Origin: Candidatus Sumerlaeaceae bacterium
GTDB taxonomy: Bacteria > Sumerlaeota > Sumerlaeia > Sumerlaeales > Sumerlaeaceae
Direction: 5' to 3'
Assembly (NCBI GenBank): GCA_049968255.1
Contig: JBMFRB010000003.1
Coordinates: 32,001-96,000, forward strand
DNA length: 64,000 bases
How positions within the stretch are numbered: position 1 is the first letter of the stretch; every line of letters starts with the position of its first letter. This document shows positions 1 to 9,654 of this stretch, in pieces. The position numbers and the translations under genes were made by a program. Below the pieces are notes generated by a model. It worked only from the letters and a program-made list of their open reading frames with translations, searched no databases and was not told where the DNA came from.

Positions 1-408
1 GGGCCGCACGCCCAAACGCAGGCGAGGAAAATCCAAGGAGCCGAGCGACTGAATGATCGAGAGTAGCCCTTTGTGCCCACCGTGGCTTCCAGACGGACGT
101 AAACGCAGCTGGCCGAGGGGGAGGTTCACGTCGTCGCACACAACGAGGATCTCTTCGGGCGCTCCTTCGTTCTTGGCTAAATAGGCGTGCACAGCCCGCC
201 CACTAAGGTTCATATACGTGAGCGGCTTCATCAGAGTGGTGCGGCAGCCCAGAATGGTGGCCTCGGCCAGCGCGGCCTCGAAGCGAGCAGCAAGCGACCA
301 CTGAGCGCCGTGGCGCTGAGCCAAAATGTCCACAACGTCGAAACCCACGTTATGGGGCGTGCGTTCATAGCGGCGTCCCGGATTGCCTAATCCAACGATC
401 AATCTCAT
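1..408 (-). CDS. pth: Peptidyl-tRNA hydrolase, 3' end outside window; absent from ORF track
   Basis: Manual translation from ATG 408: MRLIVGLGNPGRRYERTPHNVGF...ILVVCDDVNLPLGQLRLRPSGSHGGHKGLLSII...DFPRLRLGV, canonical Pth motifs. Confidence 0.95.
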   Translation of the reverse strand, partial: MRLIVGLGNPGRRYERTPHNVGFDVVDILAQRHGAQWSLAARFEAALAEATILGCRTTLMKPLTYMNLSGRAVHAYLAKNEGAPEEILVVCDDVNLPLGQLRLRPSGSHGGHKGLLSIIQSLGSLDFPRLRLGVRP

Positions 409-561
409 AGGCCCGAGTGTGAAGGCGGGCGGACGCGATCTCCAGAAAAAAGCCGCAGTAAGCGCATCGGCGCGCGCTTTGCACTGGAATGCGGCTAGCC
501 GCTCGTGGGAGATTGCTCGCAAATGAAACACCCAGCTAACAGAGGGCCAAAGTTGGCGGTC

Positions 562-1125
562 ATGACATGGGCAGCAAAAAACATGCTGGCCGTGGGGCTT
601 GTCCTGGCAATCCTTCTGGCGACGGGCTGCGAACGCGAATCGTCGAGCCTAGGCCCCAGGCCAAACATGCGACACGCCGCAAGTGGTGTCGAGCCTACAC
701 CTGTGCGCAAAACGACGCCACCGAATCCTGTCGCCACGTTGCAACCGGTGACCTCGGGTGCCGACGTGATGAATGCAACGAGGGCAGCCGCAAGCCCAGT
801 GCCCGCGGCGTCGCCACGGACGCCGTCCGCCGATGTGATCGAGCGCGACCGCTCGCGATGGCGGAGCGAACTGCGCGACCTCGAGACGGAACTCAAAGAG
901 TTACGCGAGAAGGCACGAACCCTGAGCAGCACTCAGACCCGCGAGCGTGTGACCCAGGTGCTGGCTGAGCTCGAAAGCAAGAAGCGCACACTGGCCGAAC
1001 GGCTCGATCACTTTGATGACTGGCGCACCTCGGCGGCACTGGCCTGGCAAGACGTGCGGGCAGGCTTCGAAAACGCATTCAAAGAGCTGCGCGACGCTTA
1101 TACTAAGGCTAAGAGCCATTTCTAG
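562..1125 (+). CDS. Hypothetical lipoprotein with Pro/Ala/Thr linker and C-terminal coiled coil
   Basis: Hydrophobic signal ending LATGC (lipobox); heptad-rich C-terminus (AWQDVRAGFENAFKELRDAY). Start uncertain. Confidence 0.7.
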   Translation: MTWAAKNMLAVGLVLAILLATGCERESSSLGPRPNMRHAASGVEPTPVRKTTPPNPVATLQPVTSGADVMNATRAAASPVPAASPRTPSADVIERDRSRWRSELRDLETELKELREKARTLSSTQTRERVTQVLAELESKKRTLAERLDHFDDWRTSAALAWQDVRAGFENAFKELRDAYTKAKSHF

Positions 1126-1682
1126 CGGCGAGGCGGGGTGCCGTGCTTGCCGAGCCCTTCGACGACCCAATGGTCAAAAGGTAAGGTGGGGGAACAAGGG
1201 CAGTGGTTGTTAGACGCGCAAAGCGAGGGACAGCGCGAGCCGACGGCTTGGCGGATGGCGTGGGCGAAGGAACAAGGGGGCTCTGAGGACGTAGGAGGCT
1301 CTCGGCCTGGCCGCTTGGGGGAGGGCAGCACCGCGCAAATGCCCACCTGTTCGTTCCCTTTGCTCCACGTTGTTCCCGCCAGTCGCTCCGTAGCGCTTGC
1401 GCCGAGCGAATGTGTCCCCACGACGGAGGACGTTCTTTCTCCTCTGGGCGATCGATCTTCGTGCGTTGCCAGTGGTGCACGCTGGCTCGGCCAGCTACAA
1501 AAAGTCACTTCTCGCACTTCACCGTTTCGCTTTTTCCTTGGAAAGGCACGGTGTGGCGGGGCCTATTTAAGGGAGTGTGCCGCGGTAGCCAAATTCCGTA
1601 ATGATCCTGGCCACGCATCCCGTGCGCCGACGAAAGTGATGTGTTGGTTATGAGCGACGAAGTGATTGGGAGGAATGCGACG

Positions 1683-3677
1683 ATGAAGATGAACAAGATG
1701 GATTGCAGCCCTCCGGTGCGAAGTTGTGGCTTGCTGCGAAAGATGATTTGGCTTGTCGGCGCTCTTGGTGTGTTAACGTCCTGTGCGCCGAGCGATTCCA
1801 TCCAGCGCGAGCAGCAGCTGCGAGCGCCAGCAGAAGCAACGGCTGCCACGACGGTCCCCGCCGTGGCCGCGAGCCCCTCAAAACCGGAGTCTGCAAAAAG
1901 GTCCCTTCCGATCGCTATGGTAACGCCGGCTACGCGGCCGACCACTTTTTCTCTCGAATATCGGGCCACCCCTCCGCCCCCCGGATTTCCGCTCCCGTTC
2001 CCCGATGCTTACCCGGTTACGGATATTGAGCCAGGCAAGCGCGGCGGGAGTTTTACGTTCGTAAGCTTTGGCGAGGGGCCGAAGAGCTTTAACCCCATCA
2101 CTACGAACGAAAGCTCGAGTTCGGACGTCATTGGCCGGATGTTCGAGTCGCTCATCGGCTTCGACAATGCCAAGCAGCTCTACGTTCCGGGGCTACTCAA
2201 GGAATGGTACATGGAGGCGGATAAGTGCACATGGATCCTAAAGCTGCGCGAGGGTCTCAAGTGGTCGGATGGCTCGCCGCTTACCGCCGATGACATCCTC
2301 TTCACGGCGCAGATCATTTATGATCCGAATATCTCGACTCCCTTGCGCGACATTCTTCAGGTGGGGGGCAAGCCGTTCCTGTTTGAGAAGATTGACGATA
2401 CCACTGTGCGCGTGCGCCTGGCCCAGCCGACAGGTTCGTTCCTGGCCCTTATGGGCTGGGGGCCCATCTCGAAAAAAGCCTACGAGGAGGCTTACAAAGC
2501 TGGGCAGTTCGACACCTCCATGGGCATCAACGTGGCTGCGGAAAAAATCGTCTGCAGCGGGCCTTTTAGACTGAAGCAGTATGTGCCGGGCGAACGTGTC
2601 ATCCTGGAACGTAATCCGTATTATTACAAGTACGATCGAAACGGCACCCCATTGCCTTATCTCGATACGCTCATTTTTACCTATGCGCCTGATATGGACC
2701 AGATGCTGGCACGCTTCACGGGCGGCACGGCCGATGGCATTGTGCGGCCGCGTCCCGATAGCATTCCGGATCTGGCTGACGGGCAGGCGAAGGGTAACTA
2801 TACGCTCTACGATTGCGGGCCTGGCGACGGAGCGAATCTCTTCTGGTTCAACCTGAAAAAGGGCACGAACCCGTCAACGGGTCGCCCATTTGTGGACCCG
2901 CAAAAGCAGGCGTGGTTCGAGGATGTCCGCTTCCGTCGCGCCATGCTCCACGCATTGGACAAAGAGAGCATTATCCGGACAGAGCTGCGCGGACTAGCGG
3001 TTAGTGTGTGGGGGCTTGAGTCGCCAGCCAACTCCTTTTGGATTGCCCCGAATTTGCCCAAGTACGAATACGACCCGGGACGCGCTAAAGCACTTCTCGA
3101 TGAAATGGATTTGCGCGATCGCAATGGCGACGGCATCCGGGAGGATGCGCAGGGCAACAAGGTGAGCTTTACGTTCATCACGAACAAGGGCAACAAGGTA
3201 CGCGAGCGCGTGGCCAGCCTTATGCAGCAGGATTGGGCGCAAGTGGGCGTGGAAGCGCGGCCGCAATTTCTCGATTTCAATGCGCTTGTTACTCAGCTCG
3301 ATAGCACGTACGAGTACGAGGCATGCCTGCTGGGGCTAGGAGGCGGCGGGGTGCATCCGGCCAACTCAATGAACGTTTACCGATCAAGCGGGCGGACCCA
3401 CCTCTTCAACCCAAAGCAGGAAAAGCCTGCCACGCCTTGGGAAGCTGAGCTCGATCGGCTTGCTGACCAATTTAACGCGACGCTCGACGTCGGCGAGCAG
3501 CAACGCATCTACTGGCGCATGCAGGAGATCATGGCCGAGCAACTGCCAATCCTGCCGCTCTGGACGTCGAAAGTGTTTGTGGCCGTTCGCAATAAGTTCG
3601 GCAATGTCAAACCCAGTGCCTTGTCGCACGAGCTGCTGTGGAACGTCGAAGAATTCTACGTGAAAGAGCCCAAATAA
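1683..3677 (+). CDS. ABC transporter substrate-binding lipoprotein, family 5 (peptide/nickel)
   Basis: LTSC lipobox; LREGLKWSDGSPLTADDI, SGPFRL, LERNPYY, YDPGRAKALLD motifs; GGGAGG upstream of ATG 1683. Confidence 0.92.
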   Translation: MKMNKMDCSPPVRSCGLLRKMIWLVGALGVLTSCAPSDSIQREQQLRAPAEATAATTVPAVAASPSKPESAKRSLPIAMVTPATRPTTFSLEYRATPPPPGFPLPFPDAYPVTDIEPGKRGGSFTFVSFGEGPKSFNPITTNESSSSDVIGRMFESLIGFDNAKQLYVPGLLKEWYMEADKCTWILKLREGLKWSDGSPLTADDILFTAQIIYDPNISTPLRDILQVGGKPFLFEKIDDTTVRVRLAQPTGSFLALMGWGPISKKAYEEAYKAGQFDTSMGINVAAEKIVCSGPFRLKQYVPGERVILERNPYYYKYDRNGTPLPYLDTLIFTYAPDMDQMLARFTGGTADGIVRPRPDSIPDLADGQAKGNYTLYDCGPGDGANLFWFNLKKGTNPSTGRPFVDPQKQAWFEDVRFRRAMLHALDKESIIRTELRGLAVSVWGLESPANSFWIAPNLPKYEYDPGRAKALLDEMDLRDRNGDGIREDAQGNKVSFTFITNKGNKVRERVASLMQQDWAQVGVEARPQFLDFNALVTQLDSTYEYEACLLGLGGGGVHPANSMNVYRSSGRTHLFNPKQEKPATPWEAELDRLADQFNATLDVGEQQRIYWRMQEIMAEQLPILPLWTSKVFVAVRNKFGNVKPSALSHELLWNVEEFYVKEPK

Positions 3678-3901
3678 CACCGGTCGCCGGCTGAAAGAAT
3701 AGTTGGTGGAGGACAGGTGCGTACGATTGTGCCACGGCTGCGGTAACCTATTCAACCTGACAAAGGGGGCAGGAAAATGGGCGACGCAAGCCCGCCGAGG
3801 CCCAGCTGGCAATGCAGATGCTATCCTGTTAGCCCCGATCGACAGCTTGGAGTGAACTTGAAGAAACGGCAAACATCTGTCGGCACAAGCTTTCAGTGAA
3901 T

Positions 3902-3915
3902 AGAACATTTGTTCT
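3902..3915. promoter_or_regulatory. LexA operator (SOS box) AGAAC-ATTT-GTTCT
   Basis: Perfect GAAC-N4-GTTC palindrome 16 nt before lexA start; degenerate AAAC-ATCT-GTCG at 3871-3882. Confidence 0.85.
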
Positions 3916-3931
3916 TATGTAATGCGTCACG

Positions 3932-4630
3932 ATGAAACGTCATCTGAGTGCGGCGCAGAAAGCCATGCTCGATTTTATCGTTCGCCAGCATGAGCGCACG
4001 GGGATTTATCCCAGCGTGCGAGAGATTGCGCATCACATGGGCTTCGGGTCGACAAATACGGTGTCGTATCACCTGAGGCGGCTTGAGCAAGCAGGGTGTT
4101 TGGTGCGCTCGCGCCAGGCGCGATCCTATCATTTGCCTCAGACGAGAGGGAGCCGCGGCAACTTGCCCCACCTCTCCTCCAGTCACCAAATGACTGCTCC
4201 CACGGCCACTTCACGAGCCCGTTCCGCGTCCCGCTCGGCGCCCGCGCTGCGTTTTCCCATTCTTGGTCGGGTGGCCGCTGGTGAGCCGATCCTCGCTGAG
4301 CAGAATTTCGACGGCGTCCTCGAGCTACCCAGCTACTTCGACCCCTCGGGAGAGACGTTTGCCTTGCGGGTGCAGGGCAACAGCATGATTGAGGAGGGAA
4401 TTTTCGACGGCGACCTGGTTATTGTGCGTAGCCAGCCGACTTTAGCCAATGGAGAGATCGGCGTGGCCATCATCGGCGACGAAGCCACCGTCAAACGCAT
4501 TTACGACGATGGCAACGCCTGGCGGTTGGTGCCAGCCAACAGCGCTCTCGAACCGCGCATCGTGCCGAAGGACGCGGCCGATTTCCGTATTGCGGGCAAG
4601 GTGATCGGAGTGGTGCGAAAACTACGATGA
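3932..4630 (+). CDS. lexA: SOS repressor LexA
   Basis: wHTH PSVREIA; Ala-Gly cleavage site RVAAG; catalytic Ser GNSM and Lys ATVK. Confidence 0.96.
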   Translation: MKRHLSAAQKAMLDFIVRQHERTGIYPSVREIAHHMGFGSTNTVSYHLRRLEQAGCLVRSRQARSYHLPQTRGSRGNLPHLSSSHQMTAPTATSRARSASRSAPALRFPILGRVAAGEPILAEQNFDGVLELPSYFDPSGETFALRVQGNSMIEEGIFDGDLVIVRSQPTLANGEIGVAIIGDEATVKRIYDDGNAWRLVPANSALEPRIVPKDAADFRIAGKVIGVVRKLR

Positions 4631-5247
4631 GTCAAGCCGCATTTGTCGTCCGCAAAATTGAGTTCGTCAAAAGTGCGACCCAGCCGTCGGAATATCCGCC
4701 CGACGCGCTGCCCTTTGTGGGATTTGCCGGGCGCTCAAATGTGGGGAAGTCCTCGCTTTTGAATACACTGGCGAATCGTAAGCGACTTGCTCTGGTCTCT
4801 CAAATCCCAGGCCGCACACGCCTGCTCAATTTCTACCGCGTGAACGAGGCTCTCTACTTCGTGGACCTTCCAGGCTATGGCTTTGCCAAAGCGCCGAAAG
4901 CTGAGCAGAGCAGATGGGAGCTGATGATGAAGCGGTTTGTCGAGTCCAACCCGCGACTTCGGGCGATGGTGGCTTTGCTCGATGTTCGGCGTCAGCCGGA
5001 GGGCGACGACCGGGCTCTGCTGGACTGGTTGGCTTATCACGGGGTGCCAATTATCGTGGCATTGACGAAAGCCGACAAGGTGGGCCATGGGCGCCGCGTG
5101 GAGACACTTCGAGCGCGCCAGCACGAGCTTGCCCCCTGGGACCCCGCCGATGTCCTCCTTTTCAGCTCGTACACCCGACTGGGACGAGAAGAATTGCTCG
5201 CGGCGATTGCACGCACGGTATTCCCGTCGTCCACACAGGAGGGGTGA
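4627..5247 (+). CDS. engB: GTP-binding protein EngB/YihA/YsxC
   Basis: GRSNVGKSS, PGRT, DLPGYG, TKADK motifs; ATGA overlap with lexA. Confidence 0.95.
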   Translation: MSQAAFVVRKIEFVKSATQPSEYPPDALPFVGFAGRSNVGKSSLLNTLANRKRLALVSQIPGRTRLLNFYRVNEALYFVDLPGYGFAKAPKAEQSRWELMMKRFVESNPRLRAMVALLDVRRQPEGDDRALLDWLAYHGVPIIVALTKADKVGHGRRVETLRARQHELAPWDPADVLLFSSYTRLGREELLAAIARTVFPSSTQEG

Positions 5248-5608
5248 GACGGGGATTGGGAAGTCTTGGAAGCCACCGGCTAAACCAGCAACCATCCAAA
5301 TGCTCTGGGGGACCTTATGCAATTCGCTGTCAAGCTGACGAGAAAAGATGCTCTTTCCCGTCCCCGAGCAAAGCGTGGTGAAAGCCGTCATAGCGTTCCG
5401 CGCCGAACTGCCCACGGGTAGGGACCCCAGCCACAGCTGAATTACGGACCAAGAACACACAAAGTCACAAAAGGCACAGAAGTATTTTGCGACCGCTGGA
5501 GGCCAAGTTGTCCCCCATCGTGGACATACCGGCGAACACCCGCTGCCGCTCCGCGATGAACGAGCGTTTTTCGCGGGGGAGAGGAGGGCACTCCAGTAGC
5601 CCGGCGCC

Positions 5609-6619
5609 CTAGGTGGCTTGCTTGCGGCGCTGGTGAATCGTGATAATGTAATTACGCACGAGCCCCCTCAACACTCGCCAGGGCGAAAAACTGATAGGCA
5701 TGAGCAAAGGGAGGCGAAAGTTGTGCACACACAGGCTTTCAAGCGGGGGCCCTATGACTTCGATCCGCTCAAGTTCCACGCAGCCCGCGCCCATTTCTTC
5801 TGCCGCAACCAGCGTGGTGAGTTTGCGCCACGGTAGACCGATGATTTCCACAGCGACACGATCCAACGCCACCGCGTCAGTGGCAGCCATGACCACACCC
5901 AATGGCCGCGGATCACCGTTCGATGGCCCATTGCCCTCCATGGCAATGATCCCGTCCATAATGGTAAGGGCAGGGCTGACAAGTAAGTAATTCTCGACGA
6001 GCATCCGCGCGAACCACCGTCGATCGTCGCGCGAAAGCATGTGGAGTGCGGCTTTGCGCCGACCGGGGACACAGCCAAAAACATTTTTCACGCCCAACGT
6101 CAGGAGCATCTGTTGGTGAGCCTTGAACTTCGGAAGGTTAATCACGACGTCAGCCCTGCGGATGGTGGCGCTCAGGCGAAGTTGGGAAATGTTTACCGAA
6201 CCCAAAGGTGGGCGTTCGGGATCACGCAGCGTGAGAATCGGGATGCCTTCGCCGTGGGCGAGCTCTGCAAGACCGTTGACGCGGGCCACTCCTTCGGCCG
6301 TACCCCATCCAGGCGAATCCGCGATGAGCGGCTGACCGCCGCATTCGCGCACAAGCTGCGCAACGGCGAAAATAAAGAGCGGGTGGGTGTTGGCAGCGCG
6401 CTCCGCTGGACGGCCCTGCACAAAATTCGGCTTGAGCACAACGCGGGCACCGGGCTGCACGAAAGCCCCCAAACCGCCGAATGGTTCGAGCACCTCTTCA
6501 ATCGCACGGCGAATCAGGGGAACGCTGTAAGTTGCACACCGGCTCACCGCCACACGTGCAGCTGGGGCCAAGGGCTTTGCTGAGAATGAGGCGTTGATGT
6601 GGGGGGCTTTGGCGGTCAT
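5609..6619 (-). CDS. DUF362 domain protein
   Basis: VVLKPN, THP, INLPKFKAH, TLGVKN, DGIIAMEGNGP, DAVALD motifs. Confidence 0.88.
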   Translation of the reverse strand: MTAKAPHINASFSAKPLAPAARVAVSRCATYSVPLIRRAIEEVLEPFGGLGAFVQPGARVVLKPNFVQGRPAERAANTHPLFIFAVAQLVRECGGQPLIADSPGWGTAEGVARVNGLAELAHGEGIPILTLRDPERPPLGSVNISQLRLSATIRRADVVINLPKFKAHQQMLLTLGVKNVFGCVPGRRKAALHMLSRDDRRWFARMLVENYLLVSPALTIMDGIIAMEGNGPSNGDPRPLGVVMAATDAVALDRVAVEIIGLPWRKLTTLVAAEEMGAGCVELERIEVIGPPLESLCVHNFRLPLLMPISFSPWRVLRGLVRNYIITIHQRRKQAT

Positions 6620-7159
6620 TTCTATGGTAAATACATCACAGAAAATACCCCTTTATTCGGGCAACGTGGCAGGACGAGACACTTTTCTCATTCTAGCGAG
6701 CAGCAAAAGGCGAGTGTCTTCCGCCTCACTACGTGAGCTCGTAGGGACTCGCAAAGTTTTCTGGGACTTGGACCAATAGGGGGAAGCCTGGCTGTCGCCT
6801 AACGTGATGAGATTTGTGCTCCGAAACCGTTTCTGAGACTTGGGGCTACCCACCGCCATCGGCGTGCATGGCATCCTGGCAGCACATCCGAAAAGCGCGC
6901 TGCGTCAAAATTTACGATTTAACCGAGGACTGCGAAGCAAGGCGTGTGGCTCCTGCCCGTGAACGTGCATGGGGAGTTCTGCACGCGGCGTTGTTCTGAC
7001 ATAGCTCGAGTGTGCAACGGCTGACGCCTCGGGTTCGCGCGAAGTGCTGTATAAACGATTTGCAATGTTCGCGCACGGCATCACGATGCCCCGTGGGATT
7101 GTAGAATCTCCTGAAAACACGGATGTCCAAGACCACACACAAAGGATAAGGACTCAATT

Positions 7160-8179
7160 ATGACCCAAGCGCATGCCCCCGCAAAACGTCAAGACATTTG
7201 GCCGGTGATCATTATTGGCTCGGGTCCGGCAGGTCTCACGGCCGCGCTTTACGCAGCCCGCGCAACGTTGCACCCACTCGTCTTTGAAGGCGATGGTTTT
7301 TACGACACCATGCCTGGCGGACAGCTTACCATCACGACCGAGGTTGAGAACTTCCCTGGCATGGTGCGCTGGGAGGGCAAGAAGCTACGCGGCATGACTG
7401 GCCCGGAGATCGTGGATGCCATCCGCAAGCAGGCGCAGTACTTCGGCGCGGAGTGTGTGGCCCGCCGTGTCACGGGTGTGGATTTCAGCCAGCGCCCGCT
7501 GCGCGTGGAATGCGACAATGACGTATTTTACGCCGAAGCGGTCATTGTGGCCACCGGCGCGAGCGCTCGATGGTTAGGCCTCCCAAGTGAGCAAGAGTAC
7601 AAGAATTTTGGGGTCTCCGCATGCGCGACCTGTGACGGCGCTCTTTACCGCGATAAGGATGTGGTGGTGGTGGGCGGCGGCGACACGGCCATGGAAGAAG
7701 CGCTGTTCCTTACACGTCACGCGCGCCGCGTGACCGTGGTGCACCGCCGCGACCAGCTCCGGGCTTCGAAAATCATGGCCGAGCGTGCGATGAATCACCC
7801 AAAGATTCGCTTTGAATGGAATGCGGTCGTAGAAGAGATTCTCGGCAAACAGGAAGGGATGCGGAAATTTGTGACCGGCGTGCGGCTGCGCGACACCAAA
7901 ACAGGCGAGCAGCGTGTCGTGGCGTGCGACGGCGTGTTCATCGCCATTGGGCATCGACCCAATACGGATATGTTCCGTGGCCAGCTCGAAATGGACGAAG
8001 CCGGCTACATCCTAACGAAGGGACGCTCCAGCTACACGAGCGCGCCTGGCGTTTTCGCCGCAGGCGATTGCGCGGATCACGTTTATCGGCAGGCGATTAC
8101 AGCTGCTGGCACCGGTTGTATGGCAGCGATAGATGCCGAGCGCTTTATCCAGGCCAACCCTCTGCCCTCGGAATCGTAG
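7160..8179 (+). CDS. trxB: Thioredoxin reductase
   Basis: GSGPAG, GGQL, CATCDG, GGGDTA, HRRD, FAAGD, QAITAAG. Confidence 0.96.
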   Translation: MTQAHAPAKRQDIWPVIIIGSGPAGLTAALYAARATLHPLVFEGDGFYDTMPGGQLTITTEVENFPGMVRWEGKKLRGMTGPEIVDAIRKQAQYFGAECVARRVTGVDFSQRPLRVECDNDVFYAEAVIVATGASARWLGLPSEQEYKNFGVSACATCDGALYRDKDVVVVGGGDTAMEEALFLTRHARRVTVVHRRDQLRASKIMAERAMNHPKIRFEWNAVVEEILGKQEGMRKFVTGVRLRDTKTGEQRVVACDGVFIAIGHRPNTDMFRGQLEMDEAGYILTKGRSSYTSAPGVFAAGDCADHVYRQAITAAGTGCMAAIDAERFIQANPLPSES

Positions 8180-8531
8180 ACAGGGCATTTTGGGCATTTG
8201 GCGGATCTAATATAGATAAGAAGGGAGGGGAGGCCGACTTTTCTCGCGGCGTGGTTGCATTTTCCTTTCTTTGTGAGCAAGGCCTATGGTTTTCCGCTAG
8301 TCAGTCCTCGATCGTTGCTGAGTCCGATACGTGGGTCGGCCCAACGAACAGCGCATAAATCTTGTCTTTTAGCAGTTCCCTTTTACCTCGCTTTTTCCAC
8401 GATGGCGTGGGGCACCGTTTGGCGTGGAAATGAAAACTCACCCCCGCAAAGAGCGGACAAATTGGAACTTGCCAGACCACGGGGTGCTGTTGAATTATGT
8501 GTGACGGGAGATCACCAAGGAAGGAGCACCG

Positions 8532-9257
8532 ATGAAAACACTGTCCGATTTCTTAGCAGCCTACAGCCAAGTGATAGCACGGCGCGACGAAGAGGCGGGG
8601 CGTCGTGAAGTCTGCCACCCACCAATTGTGCTTTCCCGCGAGATCGGAAGTGGTGGTCGACGCATCGCCGAGGCGCTTGCGGGGCGTTTGGGATTTGTTC
8701 TGTGCGATAAACAGATTCTCGACGAACTGGCCGAACGCGCCAAAGTGCCTAAAGACTTTCTTGCGATGCTTGATGAGCGCCCCGCAAAAGCACTGGAGCT
8801 ACTAGGAGCAAGTCTTTTGCGTGGAGTGAGCCTGACGCCGGAGGATTACGAACGAGTGCTGAAATCAGGGCTTCGTGCTCTTCTCAGGCTAGGAAGTGTG
8901 GTCATCGTGGGCCGAGGAGCGATCTTTTTAGCGGAGCCGGGCAAGGCGCTTCGCGTACGGGTCGTTGCCCCCCGACATTTGCGAATTAAAAATTTGATGA
9001 ATTATGAAAATATCTCTGATCAGGAAGCGGCCAAGCGGATCGAAAAAATCGAGAAGGAGCGGGCTGAGTTTCTGCGGCGCTACTTTGGCGCCGAAGAAGC
9101 GCGCGCCGATTGCTTCGATATCGCGGTGAACACCGAGTGCCTCTCCATAGAGAACTGTGTGGATTTGATCATGGAGGCCTACAAAAAGCTCTTCAAATGT
9201 GGCGAACAGATTGTAGGCCCTGCAGCCCAGAATCTAAACACGTCCAAACACCCTTAG
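8532..9257 (+). CDS. Cytidylate kinase-like family protein
   Basis: SREIGSGG P-loop variant, VIVGRG; AGGAG RBS. Confidence 0.85.
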   Translation: MKTLSDFLAAYSQVIARRDEEAGRREVCHPPIVLSREIGSGGRRIAEALAGRLGFVLCDKQILDELAERAKVPKDFLAMLDERPAKALELLGASLLRGVSLTPEDYERVLKSGLRALLRLGSVVIVGRGAIFLAEPGKALRVRVVAPRHLRIKNLMNYENISDQEAAKRIEKIEKERAEFLRRYFGAEEARADCFDIAVNTECLSIENCVDLIMEAYKKLFKCGEQIVGPAAQNLNTSKHP

Positions 9258-9404
9258 AGTCAGTAAGGAGTTGCGAATAAGATTGCGAAAACATAGTAGA
9301 CCGAGTTTGTGCCATTTTTCACAGTGTGTGGGCTATGCGGTGCGATGAGAATGCCGCGAAATGCTTGATATTCGTGCGCCGAGCGTCCGAACCTGCCCAC
9401 TACA

Positions 9405-9650
9405 ATGGCACCCCCCGACAAACGAGAGCCAGGGACCGTTGACGATAAGGCTCGCGAGGTGCGGCGAGTTTCGTTGGGAGTGACAATCCCAACGACGTTT
9501 GCGGCAGCGGTCGTTGTCGGCGTGGCCCTTGGTTATGGGCTTGACCGGTGGTTGGGAACGGAACCGTGGTTGACGCTTGTGTTTTTGGCATTGGGTTTCG
9601 TGGCTGGGATCCGCGAAATGTTGAGTGTGTTGAAGAAGATGGATCGGTAA
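9405..9650 (+). CDS. atpZ: ATP synthase accessory protein, AtpZ/gene-1 family
   Basis: GYGLDRWLGTEPW two-TM motif at head of atp operon. Confidence 0.85.
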   Translation: MAPPDKREPGTVDDKAREVRRVSLGVTIPTTFAAAVVVGVALGYGLDRWLGTEPWLTLVFLALGFVAGIREMLSVLKKMDR

Positions 9651-9654
9651 GGGC

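Noticed and set aside
5250-5366. Long-range stem after engB as a possible ncRNA
   Set aside because: Imperfect GC pairing expected by chance; no recognisable family features
6700-6800. GGGACTCGCAAAG resembles part of a c-di-GMP-I riboswitch
   Set aside because: GNRA tetraloop/receptor arrangement and P1 pairing not found
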